A stretch of 44,287 nucleotides of DNA from the NCBI GenBank assembly GCA_943350875.1, contig CALRAL010000002.1:134221-178507 (forward strand). The letters are read 5' to 3'. The notes beneath the pieces were generated by a model that was not told the origin of the DNA, did not search any database, and worked only from the letters and a program-made list of their open reading frames with translations. Below are positions 1-11,100 of this stretch, piece by piece; position 1 is the first letter of the stretch, and each line of letters starts with the position of its first letter. The position numbers were made by a program, and so were the translations under genes. Source of the stretch: Candidatus Nomurabacteria bacterium. Its GTDB lineage: Bacteria > Patescibacteriota > Minisyncoccia > Phycocordibacterales > UBA9973.

Positions 1-1142
1 TTTGCAAAAGCTATGTCTTCTGATTTTAATATTTCTAAATTATTAAATAAAGCTGAATAATCTCCACCGAAATTTTTCAGCACAGAATTCTTCACTCCAC
101 GGTCGAGCATAATGTCCCCAGCGAAAGAAAGCCGTACAAAATTCTGTCCGATAACTTCCGTCTCCCCATTTTCTTTTTGTTTTACCCAAGCCATCTGTGC
201 ATCAGATTCTTTGCCAAAGTACACGTTACTATTTAAATATTTCAAAATGTTTTTTACATCTTTATATCGGTCGGGGCTGTGAAGTATCATGATAGCAATA
301 TTTCTCACACCTTCTTTTGATAAGGGAACAGAGAAGGTAGAAATGACAGTTTGACGAGCTGGATCAGTATATCCACTTTTGCCACCCAGGTATGTCTTAT
401 CTCTTAAAAATTGATTATTACTAAACCAACTATGTTTTTTAGTAATATAACTTTGTTTAGTTGTTTTTTGAAGGATATCGTTACTTTTTGCCTTTATATA
501 TCTAGCAAGTTTAAATAAATCAAAAACAGTGGAGATATTTTTTTCTGAAAGCCCGCTTGGGTCTAGGAAAGAAGTGAAAGCCATGCCGAGCTCTTTTGCT
601 TTATCATTCATCTTTTGAATAAAGTCACTCCTATTGTAATTAAGAGCTATGGCTTCTGCTGCGTCGTTACTTGATTCTAAAAGTAGTGGATAAAACAAAT
701 CTCCCAATCTTATTTTCTCATTCAAACGAAAATTACCATTTTTCCCATACGTATCTAGGGCTTTTTTGCTCATTACAACTGCGTCTTCTTCTTTATAATT
801 TTCTTTTGCCACTGTAGCAGTCATGAGTTTCGAAACCGAAGCGATAGGGAATACTTTATCCTGATTCTTCTCCAAGATCATTTTTCCATTATCTAAATCT
901 CCCACAAAGTACGCATCTGCATCCACGAGGGGCTTTTTACTTGGATCTTTTATAAAGTAGAAATCCTCTGGCACAGTGTCTATAACAGATGCAGACAGTG
1001 AATCATTTGGAACATTTTCTTTATTTCCAATTTTCTCATAGCCAATGCTTTTGAAAATAAATAGGGCAAAAAATACTCCTATTATTACGGAGCCCATAGC
1101 CCAGATTCCAAATTTTATCTTTCCGTTTATATCATCACTCAT
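1..1142 (-). CDS. D-alanyl-D-alanine carboxypeptidase (peptidase S11) fused to a CapA/PGA_cap metallophosphatase-like domain; runs off the window start
   Basis: Not in the ORF track; translated by hand from ATG 1142, which overlaps the rnr stop (ATGA). N-terminal TM, SxxK (PIASVSKLMTA), SxN (LESSNDAA), DPSGL, KSG (GGKSGYT), then RLSFAGDIMLDRGV typical of CapA. Confidence 0.85.
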   Translation of the reverse strand, partial: MSDDINGKIKFGIWAMGSVIIGVFFALFIFKSIGYEKIGNKENVPNDSLSASVIDTVPEDFYFIKDPSKKPLVDADAYFVGDLDNGKMILEKNQDKVFPIASVSKLMTATVAKENYKEEDAVVMSKKALDTYGKNGNFRLNEKIRLGDLFYPLLLESSNDAAEAIALNYNRSDFIQKMNDKAKELGMAFTSFLDPSGLSEKNISTVFDLFKLARYIKAKSNDILQKTTKQSYITKKHSWFSNNQFLRDKTYLGGKSGYTDPARQTVISTFSVPLSKEGVRNIAIMILHSPDRYKDVKNILKYLNSNVYFGKESDAQMAWVKQKENGETEVIGQNFVRLSFAGDIMLDRGVKNSVLKNFGGDYSALFNNLEILKSEDIAFA

Positions 1143-3103
1143 ACTAAAGCGTAATCGATTGTTTTTCTTTCTAAATCAACTCCTTTTACTTTTATTTTAA
1201 CATTTCCGCCAAGTTTGTATTTTTTCTTTTTCTTTTTTCCAACCAATTCCATTTTTTTCTCATCATACACATAAAAATCATCCTTTATATCTCGCACACG
1301 CACGAGGCCTTCACATTTTGTTTCTATCTCTTCCACATATATACCCCATTCTGTGACTCCACTTATCACTCCGTTCCATGTGGATCCGATTCGAGAAGAC
1401 ATATATTCTACTTGTTTGTATTTTATTGAGGCACGCTCGGCGTCGCTGGCACGTTTCTCTTGTTCAGATGAAACTCTGGAAATCTTCTCATATTCCTGTA
1501 ATTTGTCCCGACCTATTTCTTTATTCTGTATGTGTTGTTCTAAGAGTCTATGAATTACGACATCTGGATAACGTCTGATAGGGGAAGTGAAATGTGTGTA
1601 ATATTTAAATGCTAGGCCGTAATGCCCAATATTTTTGGTAGAATAAATGGCTTTGGCCATAGAGCGGATGACTGCTCTTTGTACTGTATCTTTTTCATTG
1701 GTTTTAATATTTTCTAATATTTTATTTATCTCATGAGAGGGGATGATGCCGTCTTTCAGCGAGACTTTGTATCCAAGACTTCGCAAAAAGAATGCTAGAT
1801 CCTCCATTTTCTCTTTACTTGGTAAATCGTGTACCCTGTATATAGATAGAGTGTTATCTTTTTTACCCTTACCTTTTTCAAAATCATGAGAAAGTTCTTC
1901 AGCTACTTTTTTATTGGCCAAAAGCATGAATTCTTCAATCAATCTATTCGAATCTCCCCTTACTTTTTTAATTACTTTTGTTGGTACTCCTTTTTCATCC
2001 AAAACGAATTTCACTTCTTCTTGGTCGAGAGACATGGCTCCGTTCTCAAACCTCTCCTTGGTCATTTTCTTGGCCAATTTATTTAGAATAGAAAGTTCTT
2101 TATGGAGTGGTAAATTATCTTTTTTAATTACTTCTTCTGCTTCTTCATATGTAAATCGCTTTTGTGAATGTATCACGGTTTTGCCAAACCATTTACTTTT
2201 TACTCTTGCATTTTTATCTATTGTGAAAACTGCGCTCATAGCAAGGCGGTCTACATTTGGCATTAAAGAGCACAAATCATTTGAAAGTGCTTCAGGAAGC
2301 ATAGGTATAGTACGGTCCACAAGGTATACAGAAGTACCCCTATTTTTTGCTTCTTTGTCGAGTTCACTACCTATCTTTACATAATGTGACACGTCTGCGA
2401 TGTGTATGCCTATTTCAAATTCCTCCCCTCCTGCCTGAGGAGGGGAATGAGGGGTGGCGGGAGAGATTATTCGAAATGATATTGCGTCATCAAAGTCTTT
2501 CGCATCATATGGATCAATAGTGAAGGTGAGTGTTTTTCTAAAATCTTTTCTTCCTCTGTAGTCTTCTTCTTTTATCCCACTTTGTTTAATTTTCTTTGCT
2601 TCATCTTCTACTTTGTGAGGGAAGTCAGAATCAAAACCTTTCTCAATGGCTATCGAAAGCATTTCTACATTGTTGTCTCCGGGTTTACCTAGAATCTTTA
2701 TTACTTTTCCTATTGGAGACTTCTCACTGTCTTCCCAGGAGACTATTTCCACAAAAACCTTTTGTCCTACTTTTGCTCCATGTAATGATTTCTCAGGCAC
2801 TAAAATATCCGTGTACATCTTTGTATCGTCTGGTTTTAAAAATAGTATTCCGTCCTCTCTTTCCAATACTCCCGCAAAGCTATATTTTTCTCTATTTATT
2901 ATTCTTGAGACTTCACCATAGCTTTTACCTTCTTTTTTGTCCCGAAGAGCTATCTCCACCGTGTCTCCATTTAAGGCAGTATGTAGGTATTTTGGCTCTA
3001 TTTCTATGTCTTCTTCTTGTCCTAAGATTTTGACATATCCTGTGCCTTTGCTGTTTATAGATATAGTCCCTTGTATTTTACCTGTCCCGTTAGAGGTTTT
3101 CAT
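1139..3103 (-). CDS. rnr: Ribonuclease R (RNB family)
   Basis: Cold-shock domains, TIDPYDAKDFDDA, HIADVSHY, YTHFTSPIRRYPD, C-terminal S1 domain. Confidence 0.95.
   Translation of the reverse strand: MKTSNGTGKIQGTISINSKGTGYVKILGQEEDIEIEPKYLHTALNGDTVEIALRDKKEGKSYGEVSRIINREKYSFAGVLEREDGILFLKPDDTKMYTDILVPEKSLHGAKVGQKVFVEIVSWEDSEKSPIGKVIKILGKPGDNNVEMLSIAIEKGFDSDFPHKVEDEAKKIKQSGIKEEDYRGRKDFRKTLTFTIDPYDAKDFDDAISFRIISPATPHSPPQAGGEEFEIGIHIADVSHYVKIGSELDKEAKNRGTSVYLVDRTIPMLPEALSNDLCSLMPNVDRLAMSAVFTIDKNARVKSKWFGKTVIHSQKRFTYEEAEEVIKKDNLPLHKELSILNKLAKKMTKERFENGAMSLDQEEVKFVLDEKGVPTKVIKKVRGDSNRLIEEFMLLANKKVAEELSHDFEKGKGKKDNTLSIYRVHDLPSKEKMEDLAFFLRSLGYKVSLKDGIIPSHEINKILENIKTNEKDTVQRAVIRSMAKAIYSTKNIGHYGLAFKYYTHFTSPIRRYPDVVIHRLLEQHIQNKEIGRDKLQEYEKISRVSSEQEKRASDAERASIKYKQVEYMSSRIGSTWNGVISGVTEWGIYVEEIETKCEGLVRVRDIKDDFYVYDEKKMELVGKKKKKKYKLGGNVKIKVKGVDLERKTIDYALV
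2424..2446. repeat. GC-rich hairpin inside rnr, in frame
   Basis: TCCCCTCCT-GCCTG-AGGAGGGGA; falls within the peptide ATPHSPPQAGGE. Confidence 0.65.
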
Positions 3104-3243
3104 AAATTATTAACAATGTTTTAATTATAATACAAGACATATATAAAGTTAGCTCTAATGGGAGTTTTTTCTTTCACTTTATAAATATAACACAAAAAGA
3201 CTAAATTGTTTGCCTTTTTTAGTTTTTATGCTAGTATAAAAGA

Positions 3244-3552
3244 ATGTTAAAAATAAGATTACAGAGGATAGGTAGGAAGAATGACCCTTCATTTAGGGCG
3301 GTTTTGACTGATTCAAAGAACAGCACAAAGAGCGGAAAGTTCTTGGAAGTTGTCGGTACATATAATCCAAAAGCTGGAGTGACGGTTTTTAAGTCAGATA
3401 GGATAAAATATTGGATGAGTAAAGGCGCAAAGCTTTCTGATACAATGCACAACTTTATGGTGCACGAAAAAGCGATTGAAGGTAAGAAAATAAATGCATT
3501 GCCAAAGAAAAAGCCAACTCAAAAGAAAAAGGAATTGAAAGCTAAAAAATAA
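3244..3552 (+). CDS. rpsP: 30S ribosomal protein S16
   Basis: MLKIRLQRIGRKNDPSFR...GTYNP...YWMSKGAKLSDT. Confidence 0.97.
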   Translation: MLKIRLQRIGRKNDPSFRAVLTDSKNSTKSGKFLEVVGTYNPKAGVTVFKSDRIKYWMSKGAKLSDTMHNFMVHEKAIEGKKINALPKKKPTQKKKELKAKK

Positions 3553-3657
3553 CTTGCCTCTAGGTGGGTAGGTTGTATATAATATACAGCAAGCAGTGCA
3601 ATTAGTAATTTTGGTCGTAACACTGTATTAATTAAAAATATTTATTTCTGAAAATCC

Positions 3658-3984
3658 ATGAAAGAAAATGATAAGGAATTTCTAGAATACGTGGTGAAGG
3701 CTCTCGTGGACAATCCGAACGATGTCAAACTCGATCGTACTGTCGATGAAATGGGTGTACTTATTTCTCTCACGGTGAATCCTGCCGATATGGGCAAGAT
3801 CATCGGTAGAATGGGGAACACTGCCAAGGCTATCCGCACACTTCTGAGGATCATCGGCATGAAGAATAATGCTCGGGTGAACCTAAAGATCAATGAACCA
3901 GAAGGTAGCACTCGTCCTATGAGTAATCCTTCAAGTTCAATGAAGACTGTAGATCAAGCAATGGAAGATTTGAAAGGAATCTAA
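3658..3984 (+). CDS. khpA: KH-domain RNA-binding protein KhpA (YlqC)
   Basis: LVDNP...DMGKIIGRMGNTAKAIRTLL (GxxG KH motif); located between rpsP and trmD. Confidence 0.9.
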   Translation: MKENDKEFLEYVVKALVDNPNDVKLDRTVDEMGVLISLTVNPADMGKIIGRMGNTAKAIRTLLRIIGMKNNARVNLKINEPEGSTRPMSNPSSSMKTVDQAMEDLKGI

Positions 3985-3988
3985 AAGA

Positions 3989-4014
3989 ACTCCGTCGCTC
4001 ACGAGCGACGGAGT
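3989..4014. repeat. CCGTCG-family palindrome, possible terminator
   Basis: ACTCCGTCGCTC-AC-GAGCGACGGAGT, 12-bp arms. Confidence 0.65.
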
Positions 4015-4073
4015 AAACAAAAAAGACAAACTGTGGTATAAAGATACTACAGTTTTTCTTTTTAAACCAACAT

Positions 4074-4766
4074 ATGCGTTTTTATATAATTACAATTTTT
4101 CCTAAGATGTTTGATTCATATTTAAAGGAATCTATTTTAGGGCGAGCCATAGAGAATAAACTAATTTCAATAAAATTCTACAATCCTAGAGATTTTATAA
4201 AACCTGCCCGCAATGCTTACAGCATAGCTGTTGCAGGCGGGGCACTCCAAAATAATTATAAACCAGTAGATGATAAGCCATATGGTGGAGGTCCTGGAAT
4301 GGTGATGAAAGCCGAGCCCGTAGTTCACGCAGTGAACAAGGTTCTGAACGCAGTGAAGGGCAAAAACAAAAAAATTCTCATTATCAATTTTATACCTAAT
4401 GCAGAAAAGTTTACAACTGAACTTGCCAAGAAAATTCCTAAAAAATACACAGATGTTGTTTTGATCTGTGGCAGATATGAGGGCATAGATGCGCGAGTTG
4501 ACAAGATTTTGAAAACCCAAAAAATCTCAATCGGGGATTATGTTTTGACTGGAGGAGAATTACCAGCGATGGTGTTGATTGATTCCATTTCCCGTCAGAT
4601 TCCCGGGGTGCTCGGTAAATATGAATCATTGGAAGAAGAAAGAGTGTCTTCAAGTGAAGTGTATACTCGTCCAGAAGTTTTAAAATACAAGGAAAAAAAT
4701 TACCGAGTTCCCAAAGTTCTCCTCTCTGGGAATCATAAAAAAATCGAAGATTGGAAACAACGTTAA
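4074..4766 (+). CDS. trmD: tRNA (guanine-N1)-methyltransferase
   Basis: VDDKPYGGGPGMVM, LICGRYEGIDAR, SIGDYVLTGGELPA, YTRP, VPKVLLSGNH. Confidence 0.97.
   Translation: MRFYIITIFPKMFDSYLKESILGRAIENKLISIKFYNPRDFIKPARNAYSIAVAGGALQNNYKPVDDKPYGGGPGMVMKAEPVVHAVNKVLNAVKGKNKKILIINFIPNAEKFTTELAKKIPKKYTDVVLICGRYEGIDARVDKILKTQKISIGDYVLTGGELPAMVLIDSISRQIPGVLGKYESLEEERVSSSEVYTRPEVLKYKEKNYRVPKVLLSGNHKKIEDWKQR
4203..4244. repeat. Palindromic in-frame insertion in trmD
   Basis: CCTGCCCGCAATGCTTACAGCATAGCTGTTGCAGGCGGGGCA, an imperfect stem-loop encoding PARNAYSIAVAGG. Confidence 0.65.
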
Positions 4767-4767
4767 A

Positions 4768-4788
4768 TACACAGGCAACGCCTGTGTA
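4768..4788. repeat. REP-like hairpin (AGG-N5-CCT family)
   Basis: TACACAGG-CAACG-CCTGTGTA just after the trmD stop. Confidence 0.55.
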
Positions 4789-4848
4789 AGTGATTTGCTA
4801 CAGTATACTGTAGTGAATTGAAATAGTTTGGAATTCAGGAAAGTCGAT

Positions 4849-4876
4849 TTGACAAAAAATATAGGAGTAGTATACT
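4849..4876 (+). promoter_or_regulatory. Sigma-70 promoter for rpoB
   Basis: TTGACA-16 bp-TATACT upstream of rpoB. Confidence 0.6.
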
Positions 4877-4957
4877 CTCTTTACTGATTGAGTTTCGGAT
4901 GTATTTCTATTCATTATAAACTAAGCCTTAAAAGGCGTTTTTGTGTTTAATTAATAT

Positions 4958-7900
4958 ATGCAAAAAGAAAAAGCGCGTCCGAAGAAGTATTTCTCAAGGT
5001 ATAAAAAGCCTTTAATAGAATTTCCAAATTTAATAGAATCTCAAATAAAATCTTTCAAATGGTTAGTGGAAGATGGTTTGAAGGAAGTCTTTAAGGAATT
5101 CTCTCCGATCAAAGATTATTCAGGGAAAAAGTTTCAGCTCGACTTCACTTCTTTCTCTCTGGGTGAATCAAAGTTTGATGAAAATCATGCAAAAGTAAAT
5201 AAGCTCTCTTATCAAGGACAACTAAAAGCGAGAGTCAAGCTTACGAATAAAATTTTAAATTCTGTCAAAGAACAGGAGATTTTCCTATCCGATGTTCCCC
5301 TTATGACAGCCCATGGCACATTTATCATCAACGGAGTAGAACGGGTGATAGTGCCACAGCTGGCAAGAAGCTTTGGAGTATTTTTTACAGAATCAGAAAT
5401 AAAAGGTAAGAGGTATTTTGGAGCTAAAATAATTCCTGCTCGCGGAGTATGGATCGAAATAGAATCAGAATCCGACGGAGCAATTTATATAAGAATAGAT
5501 AAAAAGAGAAAGTTTATTGCCACTGCCTTACTCCGAGCTATGGGCTATGAGACCAATGAAATGATTTTGGAAGCAGTCAAAGGTAATCATGCTCTAGAGG
5601 AAACTATAAAGGCTTGTTTGGCAAAGGATACTGCCAAGACAAAAAGTGATGCATATATTGATATATATAAGCGTCTCAGAGATGGGGATTTGGCCACAGC
5701 TGATAATGCTCGTGAATTTATCGATTCTTTATTTACCGATGAGAGATATGACCTTTCTCCAGTAGGACGATTTAGATTTAATAAAAGATTTGAGAAGGGG
5801 ATGACAGAGACAGACCTCGCTCGCAGGACTATTTCCAAGGATGATTTAATGACTGTCATTGGTAATATTGTGCTTTTAAACAACACTCCAGATGCAAAGT
5901 CCGATGATATTGATCACTTAGGGCAGAGACGTGTGAGATTTGTTGGTGAGATGCTTCAGCAAAAAGTTCGTACTGGTATGATGCAGATAAAGAGAAATAT
6001 CCAAGATAGGATGTCTATCATAGATGTAGACACTGCGATGCCTATCGCTATCATCAACCAGCGTCCGATTCAGGCTCGTATCAAAGAATTTTTCACTACG
6101 AACCAACTTTCACAATTCATGGCTCAGGAGAATGTGCTTTATGAAATAGAGCATTTGCGTACTCTTTCTGCTCTTGGGCCCGGAGGACTCACTCGTGAAC
6201 GGGCAGGACTCGAAGTTCGTGACGTGCACCCTAGCCACTACGGAAGAGTTTGTCCTATTCATACACCTGAGGGTCCAAACATCGGTCTTATTTTGCATCT
6301 TTCAACTTACGCAAAAATAAATGATTTTGGAATAATTGAAACTCCTTATATAAAAGTAAAAAATGGAAAAATAACTGGTGAAGTTATCTATTTAAATGCG
6401 CTTGAAGAAGAAAAGTATAACATTGCACATGCTGGTACCCCTTATGATGAAGATTTTAAAATAACCACAGACAGAGTTGAAGCAAGAATAAAAACAGAAC
6501 CGGGGACTGTCTTTCCTGGCGAAGTTGATTTTATAGACGTGGCTACAAACCAAGGATTCTCTATTGCCACCTCGATGATTCCTTTCTTAGAACACAATGA
6601 TGCGAACCGTGCTTTGATGGGATCAAACATGCAGAAACAGGCAGTACCTTGTGTCTTGCCTGAAGTTCCATTAGTAGCTACGGGTATAGAAGAATTAGCC
6701 TCGAGAGATTCTGGCAGACTCGTTATAGCAGAAGAAGATGGTATAGTCTCATATTTAGATGCTAAAAAGATAGTAGTAAAAGGCCTCGCCCATAAGGCTA
6801 CGGCCGAGGGTAAAAAAGAAATAACTTATCCTTTGGTGAATTTTCTTAGAAATAATCAATTTTCTGTATTTCACCAAAGACCAGCAGTAAATATTGGAGA
6901 TAAAATAAAGAAAGATGCTATTTTAGCTGACACTACAAGCACTAAAAATGGGCAGATTTCAATTGGTCAAAATATATTCGTAGCCTTTTTGTCCTGGTCT
7001 GGATCAAACTACGAAGACGCGATAATTATTTCTGAGAGGTTAGTGAAGAACAGCAAATTCACTTCGATTTATGTTGAAGAATTTATTTGTACAGTTCGTG
7101 ATACGAAACTTGGTCCTGAAATAACTACTCGTGACATACCAAATGTCGGTGAAGTTAAATTAAAAGATCTAGACGAAGATGGAATAGTACGAGTAGGAGC
7201 TGAAGTTAGAGAGAATGACATATTGGTGGGTAAAATTACTCCAAAAGGTGAGACAGAACTTACCCCTGAAGAGAGGTTGCTCCGCTCTATCTTTGCAGAA
7301 AAAGCTCGTGATGTAAAAGACACATCCCTACGTATGGAACACGGTAAGCGTGGACGTATCGTGGGAGTAAAAATATTCTCTCGCGACCTAGGGCATACAC
7401 TCGAAGCGGGAATAATTAAAAAAATAGTTATTGAAGTAGCTCAAGTTAGAAATATCTCAGTTGGAGATAAGCTCTCAGGTAGACACGGGAACAAAGGTGT
7501 TATTTCTACTATATTGCCAGAAGAAGATATGCCATATGGAGCAGATGGAACACCAGTAGATATAATACTTTCACCGCTCGGTGTGCCTTCTCGTATGAAC
7601 TTGGGACAGATTTTTGAAATCCATCTTGGCATGGCAGCGAATACTCTCGGTTATCAAGCAATAGTGCCTCCATTTTTAGGTGCTAAATATGAAGAAATAA
7701 AAGATGAGTTAAAAAAAGCAGGATTACCGGAGAGTGGTAGAGTAAAGCTTTTTGATGGGCGTACAGGGGATGCATTCGAGCAAGATATAGCTGTGGGATA
7801 CATGTATATGCTCAAATTACACCACATGGTAGAAGACAAGATACACATGCGTTCGATCGGACCCTATTCCCTCATCACTCAACAGCCATTAGGTGGTAAA

Positions 7901-8161
7901 GCTCAAGGTGGAGGACAAAGATTTGGAGAAATGGAAGTCTGGGCACTCGAGGGATATGGGGCATCTCATACTCTTCGTGAAATGCTCACGATAAAATCCG
8001 ACGATATCATGGGACGTTCACAGACTTTTGATTCGATAGTGAAGAATGAAAAGATAAAAGCGCCGAATTCTCCAGCTTCATTTAATGTTTTGCTAAATTA
8101 TTTGAGAGGTCTCGCTCTGGATGTAAATTTGAAAAAGAATTCAGATAAAGATTTAAGCTAA
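4958..8161 (+). CDS. rpoB: RNA polymerase beta subunit
   Basis: GDKLSGRHGNKG, SPLGVPSRMNLGQ, GGQRFGEMEVWALE. Confidence 0.99.
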   Translation: MQKEKARPKKYFSRYKKPLIEFPNLIESQIKSFKWLVEDGLKEVFKEFSPIKDYSGKKFQLDFTSFSLGESKFDENHAKVNKLSYQGQLKARVKLTNKILNSVKEQEIFLSDVPLMTAHGTFIINGVERVIVPQLARSFGVFFTESEIKGKRYFGAKIIPARGVWIEIESESDGAIYIRIDKKRKFIATALLRAMGYETNEMILEAVKGNHALEETIKACLAKDTAKTKSDAYIDIYKRLRDGDLATADNAREFIDSLFTDERYDLSPVGRFRFNKRFEKGMTETDLARRTISKDDLMTVIGNIVLLNNTPDAKSDDIDHLGQRRVRFVGEMLQQKVRTGMMQIKRNIQDRMSIIDVDTAMPIAIINQRPIQARIKEFFTTNQLSQFMAQENVLYEIEHLRTLSALGPGGLTRERAGLEVRDVHPSHYGRVCPIHTPEGPNIGLILHLSTYAKINDFGIIETPYIKVKNGKITGEVIYLNALEEEKYNIAHAGTPYDEDFKITTDRVEARIKTEPGTVFPGEVDFIDVATNQGFSIATSMIPFLEHNDANRALMGSNMQKQAVPCVLPEVPLVATGIEELASRDSGRLVIAEEDGIVSYLDAKKIVVKGLAHKATAEGKKEITYPLVNFLRNNQFSVFHQRPAVNIGDKIKKDAILADTTSTKNGQISIGQNIFVAFLSWSGSNYEDAIIISERLVKNSKFTSIYVEEFICTVRDTKLGPEITTRDIPNVGEVKLKDLDEDGIVRVGAEVRENDILVGKITPKGETELTPEERLLRSIFAEKARDVKDTSLRMEHGKRGRIVGVKIFSRDLGHTLEAGIIKKIVIEVAQVRNISVGDKLSGRHGNKGVISTILPEEDMPYGADGTPVDIILSPLGVPSRMNLGQIFEIHLGMAANTLGYQAIVPPFLGAKYEEIKDELKKAGLPESGRVKLFDGRTGDAFEQDIAVGYMYMLKLHHMVEDKIHMRSIGPYSLITQQPLGGKAQGGGQRFGEMEVWALEGYGASHTLREMLTIKSDDIMGRSQTFDSIVKNEKIKAPNSPASFNVLLNYLRGLALDVNLKKNSDKDLS

Positions 8162-8188
8162 TATTAAAAATAAATTTATACAAAATAT

Positions 8189-11100
8189 ATGAAAACTTTA
8201 AATTTAACTGAATTTGATCAAATTACATTAAAACTAGCTTCCCCTGAACAGATCAGAGAATGGTCATATGGGGAAGTAACCAAACCTGAGACGATAAACT
8301 ATCGTACAGGTAGATCCGAACGTGGTGGACTTTTTGATGAGAAAATCTTTGGACCGGAAAAAGACTATGAATGTTATTGTGGTAAATATCGCAGGATTCG
8401 TTATAAAGATATTATCTGTGAAAAATGTGGAGTGGAGGTGACTCGTTCTATTGTTCGTCGTGAAAGGATGGGGCATATAGAGCTAGGAACTCCAGTTTCA
8501 CATATCTGGTTCTTACGTGGAGTGCCTTCAAGGATGAGTATATTGTTAAATATTTCTGTTTCTGATTTGGAGAAAGTTATATATTTTGCTGGATATATCA
8601 TCACTAAAGTTCATGAAGAGGAAAAGCAAAAAATAGTATCAGATTTAGATAAAGAATACAAAGCAAAATTAAAAAATGCTAATGACGATGAAACTCGTGA
8701 GAAATTAAAGAACTTACTTTCTGTGACGAAGAAAGAAATAGCAGAGATTTACGAAGGAAAAGTTTTAAATGAAATTTCTTTTCATCATTATTCTTTGAAA
8801 TATGGAGTATGTTTTGAAGCAAATATCGGAGCGGAAGCCATTTATTCAATATTTAAGAATTTAGATTTGAATAAATTGAAAGCTCACACCGAAAAGATGC
8901 TTGAAACTGCAAGTACAGCAGATAAGGAAAAATTACAAAAAAGACTTTCACTGATCAGAGCGATGACGTATGCAAATATTCGTCCTGAATGGATGTTTTT
9001 GACTGCTATTCCTGTCATTCCTCCAGTTTTACGTCCTATGGTCGCGCTTGATGGTGGTAGGCATGCTACGAGCGACTTAAACGATTTGTATCGTCGAGTA
9101 ATAAACCGAAATAATCGTTTGAAAAAGTTACAAGAAATCAATGCCCCAGATGTAATATTGCGAAATGAGAAAAGAATTATTCAAGAAGCTGTGGATGCTC
9201 TGATAGACAATTCAATTGCTAAGCAAAATGATAACACTGCCATGAGTCAGTCTCAAAAGAGACCACTCAAATCTTTGTCTGATAATTTAAAATCTAAACA
9301 AGGTCTTTTCCGTCAAAACCTTCTTGGTAAGCGTGTGGACTATTCTGGACGTTCTGTGATTGTTGTCGGTCCTACACTCAAGCTCAATCAATGTGGTTTG
9401 CCAAAACACATGGCACTCGAGCTTTTTAGGCCTTTTGTCATTTCAAAGATACTTCAAGCAGAACTTGCATTTAATATCAGAGGGGCAAATAAGCTTATAG
9501 AAGAGCGTACTCCAGAAGTCTGGGCCATGCTTGAAGAAGTAATTTTTGGTAAATATGTTCTTTTGAACCGCGCGCCCACTTTACACAGACTTGGGATTCA
9601 AGCTTTCAATCCTATCCTTATTGAAGGGAATGCTATCCAAGTGCATCCTCTCGTATGTGCGGCTTTTAATGCTGACTTCGACGGAGACCAGATGGCAGTG
9701 TATGTACCACTTTCTGATGAAGCACAAATGGAAGCTAAAGAATTGATGGCGGCTAATAAAAACCTCTTAAAACCTCAAAATGGCGATCCAATAGTGCATC
9801 CTAGTAAAGACATGGTGCTTGGTGCTTATTGGATGACTAAAAATGTTGACGGAGAAAAAGGTGAAGGTAAATATTTTTCAAGTCCAAATACAGCTATCAC
9901 TGCTTATGAATATGGAATAATTTCTCTACGGGCAAAAATAAAAGTTTTAGCTACAGATACTCACAAATATAGAAAATTTGATGGGGGGATTTTTGACACT
10001 ACTGTAGGAAAAATTTTCTTTAACAGTATTTTACCAGAAGATTTCTCTTATGTTAGTGATGAAATGACTCAGAAAAGAATCTCTGTACTTGTCGATGAAC
10101 TTATCATGCATTATGGTGTAGACAGCACTCCAGTTTTACTAGATAAAATAAAAGCATTTGGTTTTAAATACTCTACAATTTCTGGTACTACTTGGGGATT
10201 GGATAATGTGAAAGTTCCTGCTGAAAAGGCAAGTATTGTAGCAAAAGGTAGAAAATCAGAAGAAGAAGTTGTTTCTCAATGGAAAGATGGTCTTTTGTCA
10301 GAAGATGAAAGATATCAAAAAGTTATCGGTATTTGGACTCATGCTAAAAAAGAGTTAGAAAAAGCTTTACCCAATACTCTAGACAAAAACGGTTCTGCTT
10401 TTGATTTGTTCACTTCAGGAGCTAGGGGTTCTATTGGTCAGCTCGTGCAAATGGCTGGAATGAAAGGGCTTATTCAAAACAACCAAGGTAAAACTTTGGA
10501 ATTTCCAGTTATTCCTAGTTATTATGAAGGGCTTTCTCCAATTGAATATTTCGTTATTACTCATGGAGCTCGTAAAGGAGCATCCGATACTGCTCTTAAC
10601 ACTGCAAAGGCTGGTTATCTTACACGCAGATTAGTAGATGTATCACAAGATGTAGTTATCACAGAGAAAGATTGTGGTACCAAAGAAGGTAAAATGGTAG
10701 GGCGTGAAGATATTTCTGGATTGGAGATTCCTCTTTCAAAAAACATCAGTGGCCGAATTTTGGCAGAAGATTTGAAAGATAAAAATGGTAAAGTGTTATA
10801 CAAAAAAGGATTCTTAGTGACTAAAGAAGAAGCTTATACCATAGAGGGCATGGGTTTTGAAAAAGTATTTGTTCGTTCTCCACTCACATGCAAAACTGCT
10901 CATGGACTTTGTCAGATGTGTTATGGGCTTGATTTAGGTAGAAATAAACTTGTTGATTTAGGTGAGGCAGTAGGTATCATAGCAGCTCAAGCTATCGGTG
11001 AACCAGGTACTCAGCTTACACTTCGTACGTTCCACGCTGGAGGAGTGGCAGGTACAGACATCACTACAGGTCTTCCACGTGTGGAAGAAATATTTGAAAA

